Source of the DNA: Bacillus subtilis subsp. subtilis str. 168
GTDB taxonomy: Bacteria > Bacillota > Bacilli > Bacillales > Bacillaceae
DNA: 64,000 nt
Reading direction: 5' to 3'
NCBI RefSeq assembly: GCF_000009045.1
Contig: NC_000964.3
Location: 372,001 to 436,000 of the forward strand
Part shown: piece by piece, positions 31,156 to 40,539 of the stretch
How the letters are laid out: each line of letters opens with the position of its first letter
How positions within the stretch are numbered: the stretch's first letter is position 1
Made by a program: the position numbers and the translations under genes
Notes under the pieces: generated by a model
Databases searched by the model: none
Told to the model about the DNA's origin: nothing
Seen by the model: the letters and a program-made list of their open reading frames with translations, nothing else

Positions 31156-31183
31156 TTGAATGCCAATTTCTGCATGGTATAAT
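31156..31183 (+). promoter_or_regulatory. Putative SigA promoter of ycxA
   Basis: TTGAAT-N16-TATAAT with an extended -10 (TGgTATAAT). Confidence 0.7.
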
Positions 31184-31216
31184 AGTCGAAATACTCAAAT
31201 AAAGGCAGGTCGAAAC

Positions 31217-32443
31217 ATGCGCACGTCTCCCAGGATGAAATGGTTTGTATTGCTGTTTACGTTTGTTTTCGCCATCGGAATGAACTCATTCAGAAATTCC
31301 TTTCAATTTTTTATGCTGCCAATGGCAGACGCCTTCCATGCCGACAGGTCGCTGATTTCGGTTTCTGTCAGCATTTTTATGATCACAACCGGCATCGTCC
31401 AGTTTTTTGTCGGTTTTTTTATCGACCGTTTCAGTGTCAGAAAAATTATGGCGCTGGGAGCTGTTTGCATCAGCGCAAGCTTTTTGGTGCTTCCTTATTC
31501 ACCGAATGTTCATGTGTTTTCCGCCATTTACGGTGTGCTTGGCGGAATCGGGTATTCCTGCGCGGTCGGCGTGACGACCCAGTATTTCATCAGCTGTTGG
31601 TTTGACACACACAAAGGTCTGGCGCTTGCTATTTTGACCAATGCCAACTCTGCGGGCCTGCTGCTTCTCTCGCCCATTTGGGCTGCGGCTCCGTATCATG
31701 CCGGCTGGCAGAGCACCTATACCATTTTGGGAATCGTCATGGCGGCTGTTCTGCTGCCGCTCCTCGTCTTTGGGATGAAGCACCCGCCACATGCGCAAGC
31801 GGAAACTGTGAAAAAATCTTATGATTGGCGAGGGTTTTGGAACGTGATGAAGCAATCCCGCCTCATTCATATCCTGTACTTCGGCGTGTTTACTTGCGGA
31901 TTTACAATGGGAATTATTGATGCTCACCTCGTCCCGATACTGAAGGATGCGCATGTCTCTCATGTCAACGGAATGATGGCCGCGTTCGGGGCATTTATCA
32001 TCATTGGCGGATTATTGGCGGGCTGGCTGTCAGATCTCCTCGGCAGCAGAAGCGTCATGCTATCCATCTTATTTTTCATTCGGCTGCTCAGCCTCATTTG
32101 CCTGCTCATTCCCATTCTCGGAATTCATCACAGCGACCTTTGGTACTTCGGGTTTATCCTGTTATTCGGGCTCAGTTACACAGGCGTGATCCCGCTGACC
32201 GCGGCGTCAATTTCGGAAAGCTATCAAACAGGATTGATCGGATCGCTGTTAGGCATCAATTTCTTTATCCATCAGGTTGCCGGAGCTCTCAGCGTGTATG
32301 CGGGCGGTTTGTTTTTTGACATGACTCATGGTTATTTACTGATTGTCGCTGTGTGCATCGTGTTTGTGGGTTTATCGGCTGTAATAGAGCTGGTGCCGTT
32401 TTTAGATAAACAGAAGGCAAAAGAAACCCACCATTCAATATAA
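31217..32443 (+). CDS. ycxA: MFS transporter (408 aa), proposed surfactin exporter
   Basis: About 12 TM segments with an MFS motif A-like GFFIDRFSVR. Start moved to ATG 31217 because the longer ORF starts inside the promoter. Confidence 0.9.
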   Translation: MRTSPRMKWFVLLFTFVFAIGMNSFRNSFQFFMLPMADAFHADRSLISVSVSIFMITTGIVQFFVGFFIDRFSVRKIMALGAVCISASFLVLPYSPNVHVFSAIYGVLGGIGYSCAVGVTTQYFISCWFDTHKGLALAILTNANSAGLLLLSPIWAAAPYHAGWQSTYTILGIVMAAVLLPLLVFGMKHPPHAQAETVKKSYDWRGFWNVMKQSRLIHILYFGVFTCGFTMGIIDAHLVPILKDAHVSHVNGMMAAFGAFIIIGGLLAGWLSDLLGSRSVMLSILFFIRLLSLICLLIPILGIHHSDLWYFGFILLFGLSYTGVIPLTAASISESYQTGLIGSLLGINFFIHQVAGALSVYAGGLFFDMTHGYLLIVAVCIVFVGLSAVIELVPFLDKQKAKETHHSI

Positions 32444-32474
32444 AAGGATCAGCACTGTCAATGCTGATCCTTTT
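32442..32474. terminator. Bidirectional terminator between ycxA and ycxB, overlapping the last ycxB codons
   Basis: AAAAGGATCAGCA-N7-TGCTGATCCTTTT. Confidence 0.8.
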
Positions 32475-33015
32475 TAAATTTGAGTTTTTTTGTTTCGGTA
32501 TTTTTAAGGATAATCTCCTTGAATCTGTTCATCTCCTCTTCGGAGTGAAAAAAATGTTTGGGGATCGCAATATATTGGCCACTTGATGTATTGACCCTGA
32601 AGATATTTTTATATTCGAAAACAGCTGTAATTTCATCCCAATTGAAAATGAGGTCATATTTTTTAGAACATATACGAATTCCTTCTTGGTTCAGAGTATA
32701 TGTTCTTTTGGATTTCATCCGTTCGTTCTTCTTGTATGCTCTGGAAAACTTCACATATAGAAGAAGGAGGAGCAGCAGTGTAAACAGAACGGACATCACG
32801 ATAATCAACATACTGTTCATAAACAAGTTAAGCGCGTCACTTCCATAAACGATACGGGGCCATCCGTTAATGAAGTTAACTGCAGCAAATATGGCGCAAA
32901 ACAATAGAAAGTAAAAGCATGATATTTTTGCGATTTGATAAAAAAAGATTTCTCTTACATCCTTAAAAGTGATTTCTCCTGGAAGATTGATACTTTCACT
33001 AGCATATTGAATCAT
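32458..33015 (-). CDS. ycxB: Membrane protein of unknown function (YcxB family)
   Basis: Two TM helices plus a soluble C-terminal domain; position matches. Confidence 0.85.
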   Translation of the reverse strand: MIQYASESINLPGEITFKDVREIFFYQIAKISCFYFLLFCAIFAAVNFINGWPRIVYGSDALNLFMNSMLIIVMSVLFTLLLLLLLYVKFSRAYKKNERMKSKRTYTLNQEGIRICSKKYDLIFNWDEITAVFEYKNIFRVNTSSGQYIAIPKHFFHSEEEMNRFKEIILKNTETKKLKFKKDQH

Positions 33016-33068
33016 ACGGTAAACCTACACCTCTAACCATGTTTTTCCTTTTAGTCTAGCATAATTTC

Positions 33069-34007
33069 TCATTTTTTTGCAGGCATACCAGGGCGCTTTG
33101 TTTTTTTCTCCAGATTGATATTGCTCCCCACCACGCCAATCATAATACAAACAGCCCCGGCAAGATGATACCAGGCCAGGCTTTCGTTGAGAATCACAAA
33201 TCCTGCAATCATCGTCACAATGGTAGATACATGATTAAAAGCGCTCATTTTAAACGCCTCAATTCGCGACAGCGTATAGTTAGACAGAAATGAAGTGACA
33301 AGTGAAGACAGCACGCCCAAATACACAATGGCGAGAACGAAGCCGGGCTCCCGGAACGGCAGAAAATAAGTGCCGACTGTTCCCGCCGCTCCGTGACGCA
33401 CAAGGGCGATGGCGTTGAAGACGACAAAGCCGATGGCTGACATGATGTAGGTGAGCTCGGTCAGCTTGAACCGCTGCGTCATTTTTCTGGCAGCAGTATT
33501 GTACATCGCTGAAGACAAAGCGGACAATAGGATCAGCAAAGACCCTTTTAAGCTGGCTGATTCCACGTCAACGCCTTTCATCACAAAAATAAACATGACG
33601 CCGGCAACGGATAAAACCGTGAACCCCTTTTGCGTCCACGTTGGGCGTTCCTTTAAAACATAAGCGGCAAAGACCATCGTGAAAATCGGAATGGCTGCCT
33701 GAATAATTCCCGCTTCAGAGGAGGACGAGTACACAAGGCCGAATGCCTGAAAGCTGAAAAATAACGCGGGATACAGCAGGGCGAGCGGCAAAATGTCAAT
33801 GACGTCCTTTACGCGGATTGATAGCTTTACCCAGCCGAATAAGATCGGTACAGTGGCCGCAGCAAACGCAATGGTGAACCGATGCGCCAAAATATCAAAC
33901 GGCTCTGCTGTTTGCAGTGCGATTTTTACGAATAGAAAGGATAAACCGATAATGAACGAATATAAAATAGCCGCTATATAAGCGGGGGTTTGCTGATGTT
34001 TAACCAT
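33069..34007 (-). CDS. ycxC: EamA/DMT-family permease
   Basis: About 10 TM segments in two EamA repeats. Confidence 0.9.
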   Translation of the reverse strand: MVKHQQTPAYIAAILYSFIIGLSFLFVKIALQTAEPFDILAHRFTIAFAAATVPILFGWVKLSIRVKDVIDILPLALLYPALFFSFQAFGLVYSSSSEAGIIQAAIPIFTMVFAAYVLKERPTWTQKGFTVLSVAGVMFIFVMKGVDVESASLKGSLLILLSALSSAMYNTAARKMTQRFKLTELTYIMSAIGFVVFNAIALVRHGAAGTVGTYFLPFREPGFVLAIVYLGVLSSLVTSFLSNYTLSRIEAFKMSAFNHVSTIVTMIAGFVILNESLAWYHLAGAVCIMIGVVGSNINLEKKTKRPGMPAKK

Positions 34008-34076
34008 AATGGGAAGGGCTCCTTTACCTGAATTGCAGCGCCGGTCGCTCCCTTTATTGTATGGCCGCGGTCAGAA

Positions 34077-34114
34077 CGGTACAATGAGAAAAACAATGAA
34101 CTGTACCGGTACAA
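34077..34114. promoter_or_regulatory. Candidate YcxD operator
   Basis: CGGTACAA repeated at 34077 and 34107, plus the perfect palindrome TGTACCGGTACA (34102-34113). Confidence 0.5.
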
Positions 34115-34130
34115 AACAGGGGGAGAAGGC

Positions 34131-35465
34131 ATGGAGAAATATATGAGTCTATTAACGAGGATAGAGGAGATGATGCAAAGCACCTCATATCAAGAAGGAG
34201 ACAGGCTTCCATCTATCCGTCAGCTGTCCGCCCGCTACCAAGTCAGCAAAAGCACAGTGATCCGCGCGCTGCAGGAGCTGGAAAAGCGCCACCTTATCTA
34301 TTCTGTTCCGAAAAGCGGCTATTATATTGTGAAAAAGTCAGGGAAATCAAAAAGCGGGCAGCCTGGCCCCATCGACTTTGCCACATCTGCGCCGGATCCC
34401 GATGTGTTTCCGTATCTTGATTTTCAGCACTGCATCAACAAAGCGATTGATACATACAAAAACGATTTGTTTATTTATGGGACGCCAAAGGGGCTTCCAT
34501 CACTCATCCGCGTACTCCGAAAGCTCTTGGCCACTCAACAGGTATTTGCGGATGAACGGCATATTTTCATTACATCAGGTGTCCAGCAGGCGTTATCCTT
34601 GCTTTGTGCCATGCCGTTCCCAAATGGGAAAGAGAAGATCGCCATTGAACAGCCGGGCTACCATTTGATGGTCGAACAGCTTGAGACACTTGGGATTCCC
34701 GCCATCGGGGTGAAACGAACGGAAGAAGGGCTTGATATAGCCAAGGTTGAGCGGTTATTTCAAACAGAATCGATTAAATTTTTTTATACGATGCCGCGCT
34801 TCCATAACCCGCTTGGGTGCTCATTGTCAGAGCGTGATAAACAGGAGCTTGTGAGACTGGCAGAAGCGTATGATGTCTATCTCGTTGAGGATGATTACCT
34901 CGGTGATCTGGAGGAAAATAAAAAGGCAGATCCGCTGTACGCATATGATCTGTCCTCACATGTCATCTATTTGAAAAGCTTCTCGAAAATGATGTTCCCC
35001 GGCCTCCGCGTGGGGGCGGCTGTTTTGCCCGAAGCGCTGACTGACACGTTCTATGCGTACAAAAAGCTGAACGACATCGACTGTTCGATGATTTCTCAAG
35101 CGGCATTGGAGATTTACCTGAAAAGCGGTATGTACGGCAGGCATAAGGAGAAAATCAGAGATTCTTATAAAGAGCGGTCGCTGAGGCTACATCAAGCCAT
35201 TCGAACTCACAGGCAGCTGGGAAGCGGACGCTTTACGTTCTCCAGCGGGCAGGCACCCTGTATGCACACCCATCTGGTGCTTCCTCAGGATCTGCCCGCC
35301 TCAAGAGTGATTCATAGACTGGAAAAACAAGGGGTTCTCCTTGAGGCGATAGACCGTCATTATTTATCAGATTATCCGAAAGAAAATCTATTAAAAATCA
35401 ATATTTCCAATGTGAAAACGGAAGATATTGAGCGCGGTGTCAAGCTGTTGATGAGCCATTTATAA
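34131..35465 (+). CDS. ycxD: MocR/GabR-type regulator (GntR wHTH plus PLP-dependent aminotransferase-like domain)
   Basis: LPSIRQLS...VSKSTV wHTH; SFSK with the PLP lysine, followed by PGLRVG. Confidence 0.92.
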   Translation: MEKYMSLLTRIEEMMQSTSYQEGDRLPSIRQLSARYQVSKSTVIRALQELEKRHLIYSVPKSGYYIVKKSGKSKSGQPGPIDFATSAPDPDVFPYLDFQHCINKAIDTYKNDLFIYGTPKGLPSLIRVLRKLLATQQVFADERHIFITSGVQQALSLLCAMPFPNGKEKIAIEQPGYHLMVEQLETLGIPAIGVKRTEEGLDIAKVERLFQTESIKFFYTMPRFHNPLGCSLSERDKQELVRLAEAYDVYLVEDDYLGDLEENKKADPLYAYDLSSHVIYLKSFSKMMFPGLRVGAAVLPEALTDTFYAYKKLNDIDCSMISQAALEIYLKSGMYGRHKEKIRDSYKERSLRLHQAIRTHRQLGSGRFTFSSGQAPCMHTHLVLPQDLPASRVIHRLEKQGVLLEAIDRHYLSDYPKENLLKINISNVKTEDIERGVKLLMSHL

Positions 35466-36135
35466 AAGCTCTTCGTACGAGACCATTGTGATATCCTCGG
35501 GGAAATCAGGGTGTACGGCGCATACAGCCATTTTGTAGCCGGGATCGACCTCATACGTTTTGATATAGCATGGGGAATGGCTGTCCGGAAGCTCAATGGA
35601 TACTTGTCCGTCCTGGTGCAGGCGCACTGAAAAGGAATCAAGCGGAAGCGATAAGCCTTTGCCTTCCTTGTTTGATAAAGCTTTCTTTCATTGACCATAG
35701 ATGATAAAAATAGTCTGTCTGCTCGTCCTTGTCTTTTGCTAAAAGGTCGCTGTACTCTGTTTTTGAAAAGAAGCGCTTGGCGATCTCAAGGCTGATCGGT
35801 TTCGTTTTTTCGATATCTATGCCGATCGGCTGTGAATCAAACGCGCAAATGACCCAGCGTCCGGAGTGAGAAATGTTGAAATGAGCGTCGGGAAGATCAG
35901 GGATGCACGGCTTCCCGTATTCCTGCGTGCTAAAGCGGATATCGGATTTGTCCAACTGATACTGCCTGCTTATGACTGAGCGAACGAGCACATCTCCCAG
36001 CAGGGTGCGGTGAGCATCTTCTTTATGATAAAATCTCCGGCATTTCTCCCGTTTTTCAGGTGATATGAAAGACATGAACCGTTCATTTTCTTCCTGTGAA
36101 AGCGGGCGGTCCATATAAATTCCGTAAATCTTCAT
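35460..36135 (-). pseudogene. sfp: 4'-phosphopantetheinyl transferase Sfp, frameshifted (sfp0 allele)
   Basis: The ORF ends after 165 aa (KESFIKQ|GRQRLIASA*). Removing one A at 35668/35669 restores EGKGLSLPLDSFSVRLHQDGQ...MVSYEELL*, a 224-aa protein (676 nt = 675+1). Confidence 0.97.
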
Positions 36136-36239
36136 TCTAGATCCTCCGTCTGCAAAAGATTGTCAAAACCATCCTATCATACTTCCACAAGACTCATATA
36201 GAGGAGAAAATAAAAAAACAAAGCCAAGGCGGCTTTGTT

Positions 36240-36887
36240 TTAGTGTACAGGCGGAGATGCTTTCACTGCGGCTGTCCGCCTTGCCACAGCATAATTCAGC
36301 AACTGGATTGACTGGGGCAATGAAAAACGCAAAATAAGTCCGGTGAGGATGGCGGTCAAAATGGTGCCAAAACCGATCGGTCCGCCCATGCCCCATGCCG
36401 CAAACAAAATGGTTAATTCCATGCCGTTCCGCACCCATTGCACATTCCAGCCGGTTTTTTCTGTAATCAGCATCATCAGTGAATCACGCGGCCCCGCGCC
36501 AAGGCCTGCTGATACATAAACACCGACGCCGTAACCAATCAGCACCACGCCTAGAGAGAAGACGATGATCGAGCCTGTGTAGGTCGAGAGGGCAGGCAGA
36601 ATGAAATTGAAAAAATCTATAAATACACCAATGAGCACCATATTCAGGAGGGCACCAATTTTCGGCCAAGCTCTCGTAAACAATGACGTGAATCCGACGA
36701 TGAGCGCTCCAATAATGATGGACCACTGGCCGACGGTAAGCCCGAAGTGCTGAAACAGGCTGTAATGAAATGCATCCCACGGACTAATGCCGAGTGCTTT
36801 TCCTTCTATCGTCAGGGATACACCAAAAGCCAAAATGATCAAACCGGCAAAATAAAATGTCCAGCGCAGAACAAGTTCTTGCTTCAC
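36240..36887 (-). CDS. yczE: Integral membrane protein (YczE/YitT-like)
   Basis: Hydrophobic 215 aa with GISPWD and GAGPRD motifs; directly upstream of sfp. Confidence 0.88.
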   Translation of the reverse strand: MKQELVLRWTFYFAGLIILAFGVSLTIEGKALGISPWDAFHYSLFQHFGLTVGQWSIIIGALIVGFTSLFTRAWPKIGALLNMVLIGVFIDFFNFILPALSTYTGSIIVFSLGVVLIGYGVGVYVSAGLGAGPRDSLMMLITEKTGWNVQWVRNGMELTILFAAWGMGGPIGFGTILTAILTGLILRFSLPQSIQLLNYAVARRTAAVKASPPVH

Positions 36888-36972
36888 GTGAGGTCCCTTC
36901 TTTCGTAAAAATCAGTCGATTGTCATTGTAGCACATCTGACAGAAGGGCGGAATAGGCGAAAGGGGCTCAAC

Positions 36973-37004
36973 AAAAAAACAGGGCCGCCGGAGGCGCCCT
37001 GTTT
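36973..37004 (-). terminator. Terminator hairpin at the left edge of the intergenic element (minus-strand U7 tract)
   Basis: Minus strand reads AAACAGGGCGCC-TCC-GGCGGCCCTGTTTTTTT. Confidence 0.75.
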
Positions 37005-37188
37005 CAGCGTGTTGGCAAACCCTTGCATTCGTTGTCAGGCCTGTGCTTCGGTGCTCACGAATTTAACATTAGCTGTGCTCCAATGCTCGCCCTTCCTAGA
37101 CTTCAAAGGTTTTCAATCACGCTGAAAATCACAAAATCCTAAAACGAATATCGTTTTAGGATTTTGTCAATAATCTGAAACAGGGCGC
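36994..37188. repeat. ~195-bp non-coding palindromic element (MITE/REP-like; probably the multicopy B. subtilis intergenic repeat)
   Basis: Perfect 14-bp terminal inverted repeats (36994-37007 / 37175-37188), inner imperfect ~23-bp inverted repeats (about 37002-37024 / 37105-37127) and a perfect 17-bp hairpin (37131-37167). Multicopy status is recollection only. Confidence 0.65.
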
Positions 37189-37207
37189 TGACGCTCTGTT
37201 TTTCTTA

Positions 37208-37951
37208 TTACAGCGGGTTCAAAATCCGGTTTAAGAACCGCTGTGTCCGTTCTTCTTTTGGTGCGGAGAAAATTTGCTCCGGCGGTCCCTGCTCCACGAT
37301 AACGCCGCCGTCGATGAAGATGACTTCATCCGCAACCTCCTGCGCGAACTTGATTTCGTGGGTCACGACGACCATGGTCCAGCCTTCATTGGCCAAGTCC
37401 TTGATAACCTTCAGCACCTCTCCGACAAGCTCGGGATCAAGCGCTGAGGTCGGTTCGTCAAACAGCATGAGCTCAGGCTGTATCGCCAGTGCGCGGGCGA
37501 TGCCGACGCGCTGCTGCTGGCCGCCGGAAAGCTGGAACGGATATAAATCCATTTTGTCCTTCAATCCGACTTTATCAAGAAGCTGAATCGCTTCTTTTCT
37601 GACTTCCTCTTTGTTCCGTTTTTGCACCTGAACAGGGCCCTCCATCACGTTTTCGAGGGCTGTGCGGTGCGGGAACAGGTGATACGCCTGAAACACCATT
37701 CCGGATTTTCGGCGAAGCTTTAGGATATCCGCCTGTTTCACCTTTTTGGAGAAATCGATGGAGAAATCATCAAATGCAAGCTCTCCGCGATTCGGGATCT
37801 CCAGAGCGTTCAGGCAGCGGAGCAGCGTCGTTTTCCCTGAACCTGAAGGCCCAAGTATGGCGATGACTTTTCCTTTTTCAATCTTCATATCTATCTTTTT
37901 TAAAATTTCATTTTCACCGAATGATTTGTTTAATCCTTTAACGGTAAGCAT
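37208..37951 (-). CDS. tcyC: Cystine ABC transporter ATPase (247 aa)
   Basis: Walker A GPSGSGKT, signature [15 protein letters not shown]. Start reset to ATG 37951 after SD AAGGAGG. Confidence 0.93.
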   Translation of the reverse strand: MLTVKGLNKSFGENEILKKIDMKIEKGKVIAILGPSGSGKTTLLRCLNALEIPNRGELAFDDFSIDFSKKVKQADILKLRRKSGMVFQAYHLFPHRTALENVMEGPVQVQKRNKEEVRKEAIQLLDKVGLKDKMDLYPFQLSGGQQQRVGIARALAIQPELMLFDEPTSALDPELVGEVLKVIKDLANEGWTMVVVTHEIKFAQEVADEVIFIDGGVIVEQGPPEQIFSAPKEERTQRFLNRILNPL

Positions 37952-37964
37952 ACTCGGAACCTCC

Positions 37965-38669
37965 TTATTTGGCCACGTAGCGGTCAAGACGCCGTTCGAT
38001 GACATGCTGGACGAGTGAGAGCAGGAAGCAGATAATCCAATAAATAAAGGCTGCTTCAATATAGATCACTAAAATTTGATCAAGATTCCGCGCGCCGATT
38101 TCCTGGGCTTTTCTGAACAGCTCAGCGACCAGAATTTGAGAGGCGAGGGATGTATCTTTAATCAGGCTGATAAAGGTATTGGATAATGGCGGGATCGACA
38201 CACGAAACGCCTGCGGCAAAATGACGCGGAACAGCGTTTTTTGATGTGTCATGCCAATTGTGTAGCCGGCTTCCCATTGCCCTTTCGGCACGGATAAAAT
38301 AGATGCCCGAATGATTTCAGATGCATAGGCGCCGACGTTTAATGAAAAGGCGATAACTGCGCTTGGAAATGGATCTAATGTGACGTTAAAGGCCGGGAAC
38401 AGATAGAAAATGATGAACAATTGAACGAGAAGAGGAGTGCCGCGTATTGCGGATACGTATACGCTGAACACCCATCTCAAAGGTCTCACTTTCGACATTC
38501 TGGCAAGCGCCGTAATCAGCGCCAGGATCATTCCGAATATAAAGGAAAGAATCGTAAGGGGAATCGTATAGTAGATTCCCCCTGAAAGTATCGGCCAGAA
38601 TGACTGCTGCACCAGATCCCACGGGATCGCCGTGCCAAGCGTCAATGCCGGCAGATTATTTAGAAACAT
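37965..38669 (-). CDS. tcyB: Cystine ABC transporter permease
   Basis: RGTPLLVQL and GQWEAG (EAA-like) motifs of polar amino-acid permeases. Confidence 0.93.
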   Translation of the reverse strand: MFLNNLPALTLGTAIPWDLVQQSFWPILSGGIYYTIPLTILSFIFGMILALITALARMSKVRPLRWVFSVYVSAIRGTPLLVQLFIIFYLFPAFNVTLDPFPSAVIAFSLNVGAYASEIIRASILSVPKGQWEAGYTIGMTHQKTLFRVILPQAFRVSIPPLSNTFISLIKDTSLASQILVAELFRKAQEIGARNLDQILVIYIEAAFIYWIICFLLSLVQHVIERRLDRYVAK

Positions 38670-39462
38670 CTTCGCCGAACCATTTTTTAGAAATTTTAGA
38701 AAGAGTCCCGTCCTCTTTCATTTCTTTTAATGCTTTGTTGACTTGATCAACAACCTCGCCGCTTCCTTTACGGAACGTGAAATATGTTGACTGAGGCTCA
38801 CCTGTTTCAAACGCGATTTTCACGTTTTTATTGCCAGATGTTTTTAAGTAGTTCAATACGGCAAGCTTATCGTTGTATGTCATATCGACGCGGCCTTGCT
38901 GGATCATTTGAAGGGCCTGCGCCATGCCTTCAACGCCTTCTACTTTAGCGCCGGCATTTGTAGCTAATTTGTTGTAGTTGCTTGTCAGTGATTGAGCTGA
39001 CGTTTTTCCTTTTACATCTGCTTCAGACTTAATATCGTTGTTGTCTTTTTTCGTTACGACAACGGCTCTTGATGTTGTGTATTTATCTGAGAAATCATAT
39101 TTGTCTTCACGATCTGTTTTTCCGACTTGGTTGGCAACAACGTCAAACCGTTTGGAATTCAGGCCGGCAAACATACTGTCCCATTGTGTTTCCTTAAAGT
39201 CGACTTTAAGCCCGAGGCGTTTTGCGACTTCTGTGATAACTTCGACATCATAGCCAGTCAGTTTATCAGTGTCTTTGTCGTGGTAAGTGAACGGCTCATA
39301 TGTTCCTTCCGTTCCGACTGTGAGCACACCTTTTTTCTTAATTGAAGCCCAAAGATCGCCATCTTTGGCATTATCTTTTGACTGATTGTCATTTCCTGCT
39401 CCGCAAGCTGCAAGAGCTGCAATACTTACGACCATGAATAAAGCCAATAATGCTTTTTTCAT
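38656..39462 (-). CDS. tcyA: Cystine-binding lipoprotein (268 aa)
   Basis: Lipobox LAAC; SBP family 3 motif GTEGTYEPF; start set at MKKALL. Confidence 0.93.
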   Translation of the reverse strand: MKKALLALFMVVSIAALAACGAGNDNQSKDNAKDGDLWASIKKKGVLTVGTEGTYEPFTYHDKDTDKLTGYDVEVITEVAKRLGLKVDFKETQWDSMFAGLNSKRFDVVANQVGKTDREDKYDFSDKYTTSRAVVVTKKDNNDIKSEADVKGKTSAQSLTSNYNKLATNAGAKVEGVEGMAQALQMIQQGRVDMTYNDKLAVLNYLKTSGNKNVKIAFETGEPQSTYFTFRKGSGEVVDQVNKALKEMKEDGTLSKISKKWFGEDVSK

Positions 39463-39577
39463 CTTATTCCCCACTTTTCTGGTTGATTTTATTGAAATAA
39501 AAAATTAGCTTACAAATCTAAAGGATAACTTTTTTTTAGTATGAGTCAAGTATTTGGTTTTCATAAGACAAAATCTT

Positions 39578-40450
39578 TTAAAATAAATCCAAAAATTGCT
39601 GTGCCGGTTTAGGCAAATAACTGTCCGTTCTCCACATGACAGCCGGTGTCATAATGAAGGGATTATTTTCGATATGGACGGTGTGAACGTGATTTCTCAT
39701 ATGAACGGGAATCATTGTGACAGGCAAAATAGACGCGCCGAATCCGGATGACACGAGGCTGAGCAAAGTTGCAGAGTCGTGGCATTCACAAACAATGCGC
39801 GGCTCCAGGTTCAAACGATGAAATTCATTCATGACCTGATTATAGACGCCTTTTCCGTTGACAGGCCGCAGCAGGATCAGCGGAAATGAAGGAATGTCCA
39901 CCATCTTAATGGTGTCTCCGCACGGATATCCGGCTTCATCTGAAAGCACGAGCACACATGGAATGTCATCAAGCTGCTTGAATTGTACTGTGTCACTTTT
40001 GATCAGTGTTGTCGTGACCGCCGCATCGATTTGCCGGCTTTCCAGCAGTTCCAACAGTGTCGCGGGTTCATTTTCCCAAATATTAAAGGTGAGATGGGGG
40101 TATCTCTCTTTGATCTGTGTTACTTTTTCAAGCATCAGAGCCGCGCAATAAATCGTTGATCCCACGGCAAGTGTACCGGCTACTTCCTCCTTCAGCTCCT
40201 GTACCTCAATGACTGCATCTTCAAACCTATGCAGAATCTCTTTTGCTCTTTTTAGAAAAACAGCTCCTTCATATGTAAGAGTCATTTGTTTTTTCTTGTT
40301 ACGGTCAAACAGAACAACACCAAGTTCGTCCTCCAGCTGTTTGAGCTGCCTGCTTAAAGGCGGCTGCGCCATGTGAAGCTTTTTGGCTGCGGACGTAATT
40401 TTCTGTTCTTGGGCAATGGTAATGAAGTATCGAAGCTGGCGAATATCCAA
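39578..40450 (-). CDS. bsdA: LysR-type activator of the bsd operon (290 aa)
   Basis: LTTR HTH (ITSAAKKLHMAQPPLSRQLKQLE); TTG start at 40450 after SD AAGGAGG. Confidence 0.92.
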   Translation of the reverse strand: MDIRQLRYFITIAQEQKITSAAKKLHMAQPPLSRQLKQLEDELGVVLFDRNKKKQMTLTYEGAVFLKRAKEILHRFEDAVIEVQELKEEVAGTLAVGSTIYCAALMLEKVTQIKERYPHLTFNIWENEPATLLELLESRQIDAAVTTTLIKSDTVQFKQLDDIPCVLVLSDEAGYPCGDTIKMVDIPSFPLILLRPVNGKGVYNQVMNEFHRLNLEPRIVCECHDSATLLSLVSSGFGASILPVTMIPVHMRNHVHTVHIENNPFIMTPAVMWRTDSYLPKPAQQFLDLF

Positions 40451-40469
40451 AAGAAAGCGCCTCCTTATC

Positions 40470-40484
40470 ATACCTTTTAGGTAT
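40470..40484. promoter_or_regulatory. LTTR (BsdA) recognition box
   Basis: ATACC-TTTTA-GGTAT dyad containing T-N11-A (40471/40483) in the divergent spacer. Confidence 0.65.
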
Positions 40485-40539
40485 TAATTATAGATTTAAT
40501 AGATATTTTTCATATGGATATATCAGGAGTATGATTGAA

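Noticed and set aside
31160-31216. N-terminal extensions in the ORF track (ycxA; likewise tcyC, tcyA, bsdA, yclJ, rapC, yclQ)
   Set aside because: They run through promoters or upstream genes; downstream starts have proper SDs and match the family N-termini
35372-35698. 108-aa minus-strand ORF taken as the second half of sfp
   Set aside because: Wrong frame; the real Sfp C-terminus (EGKGLSLP...YEELL) is in another frame ending at 35460
36994-37188. CRISPR array or autonomous IS interpretation of the palindromic element
   Set aside because: No repeat-spacer periodicity, no cas or transposase gene, no clear target-site duplication
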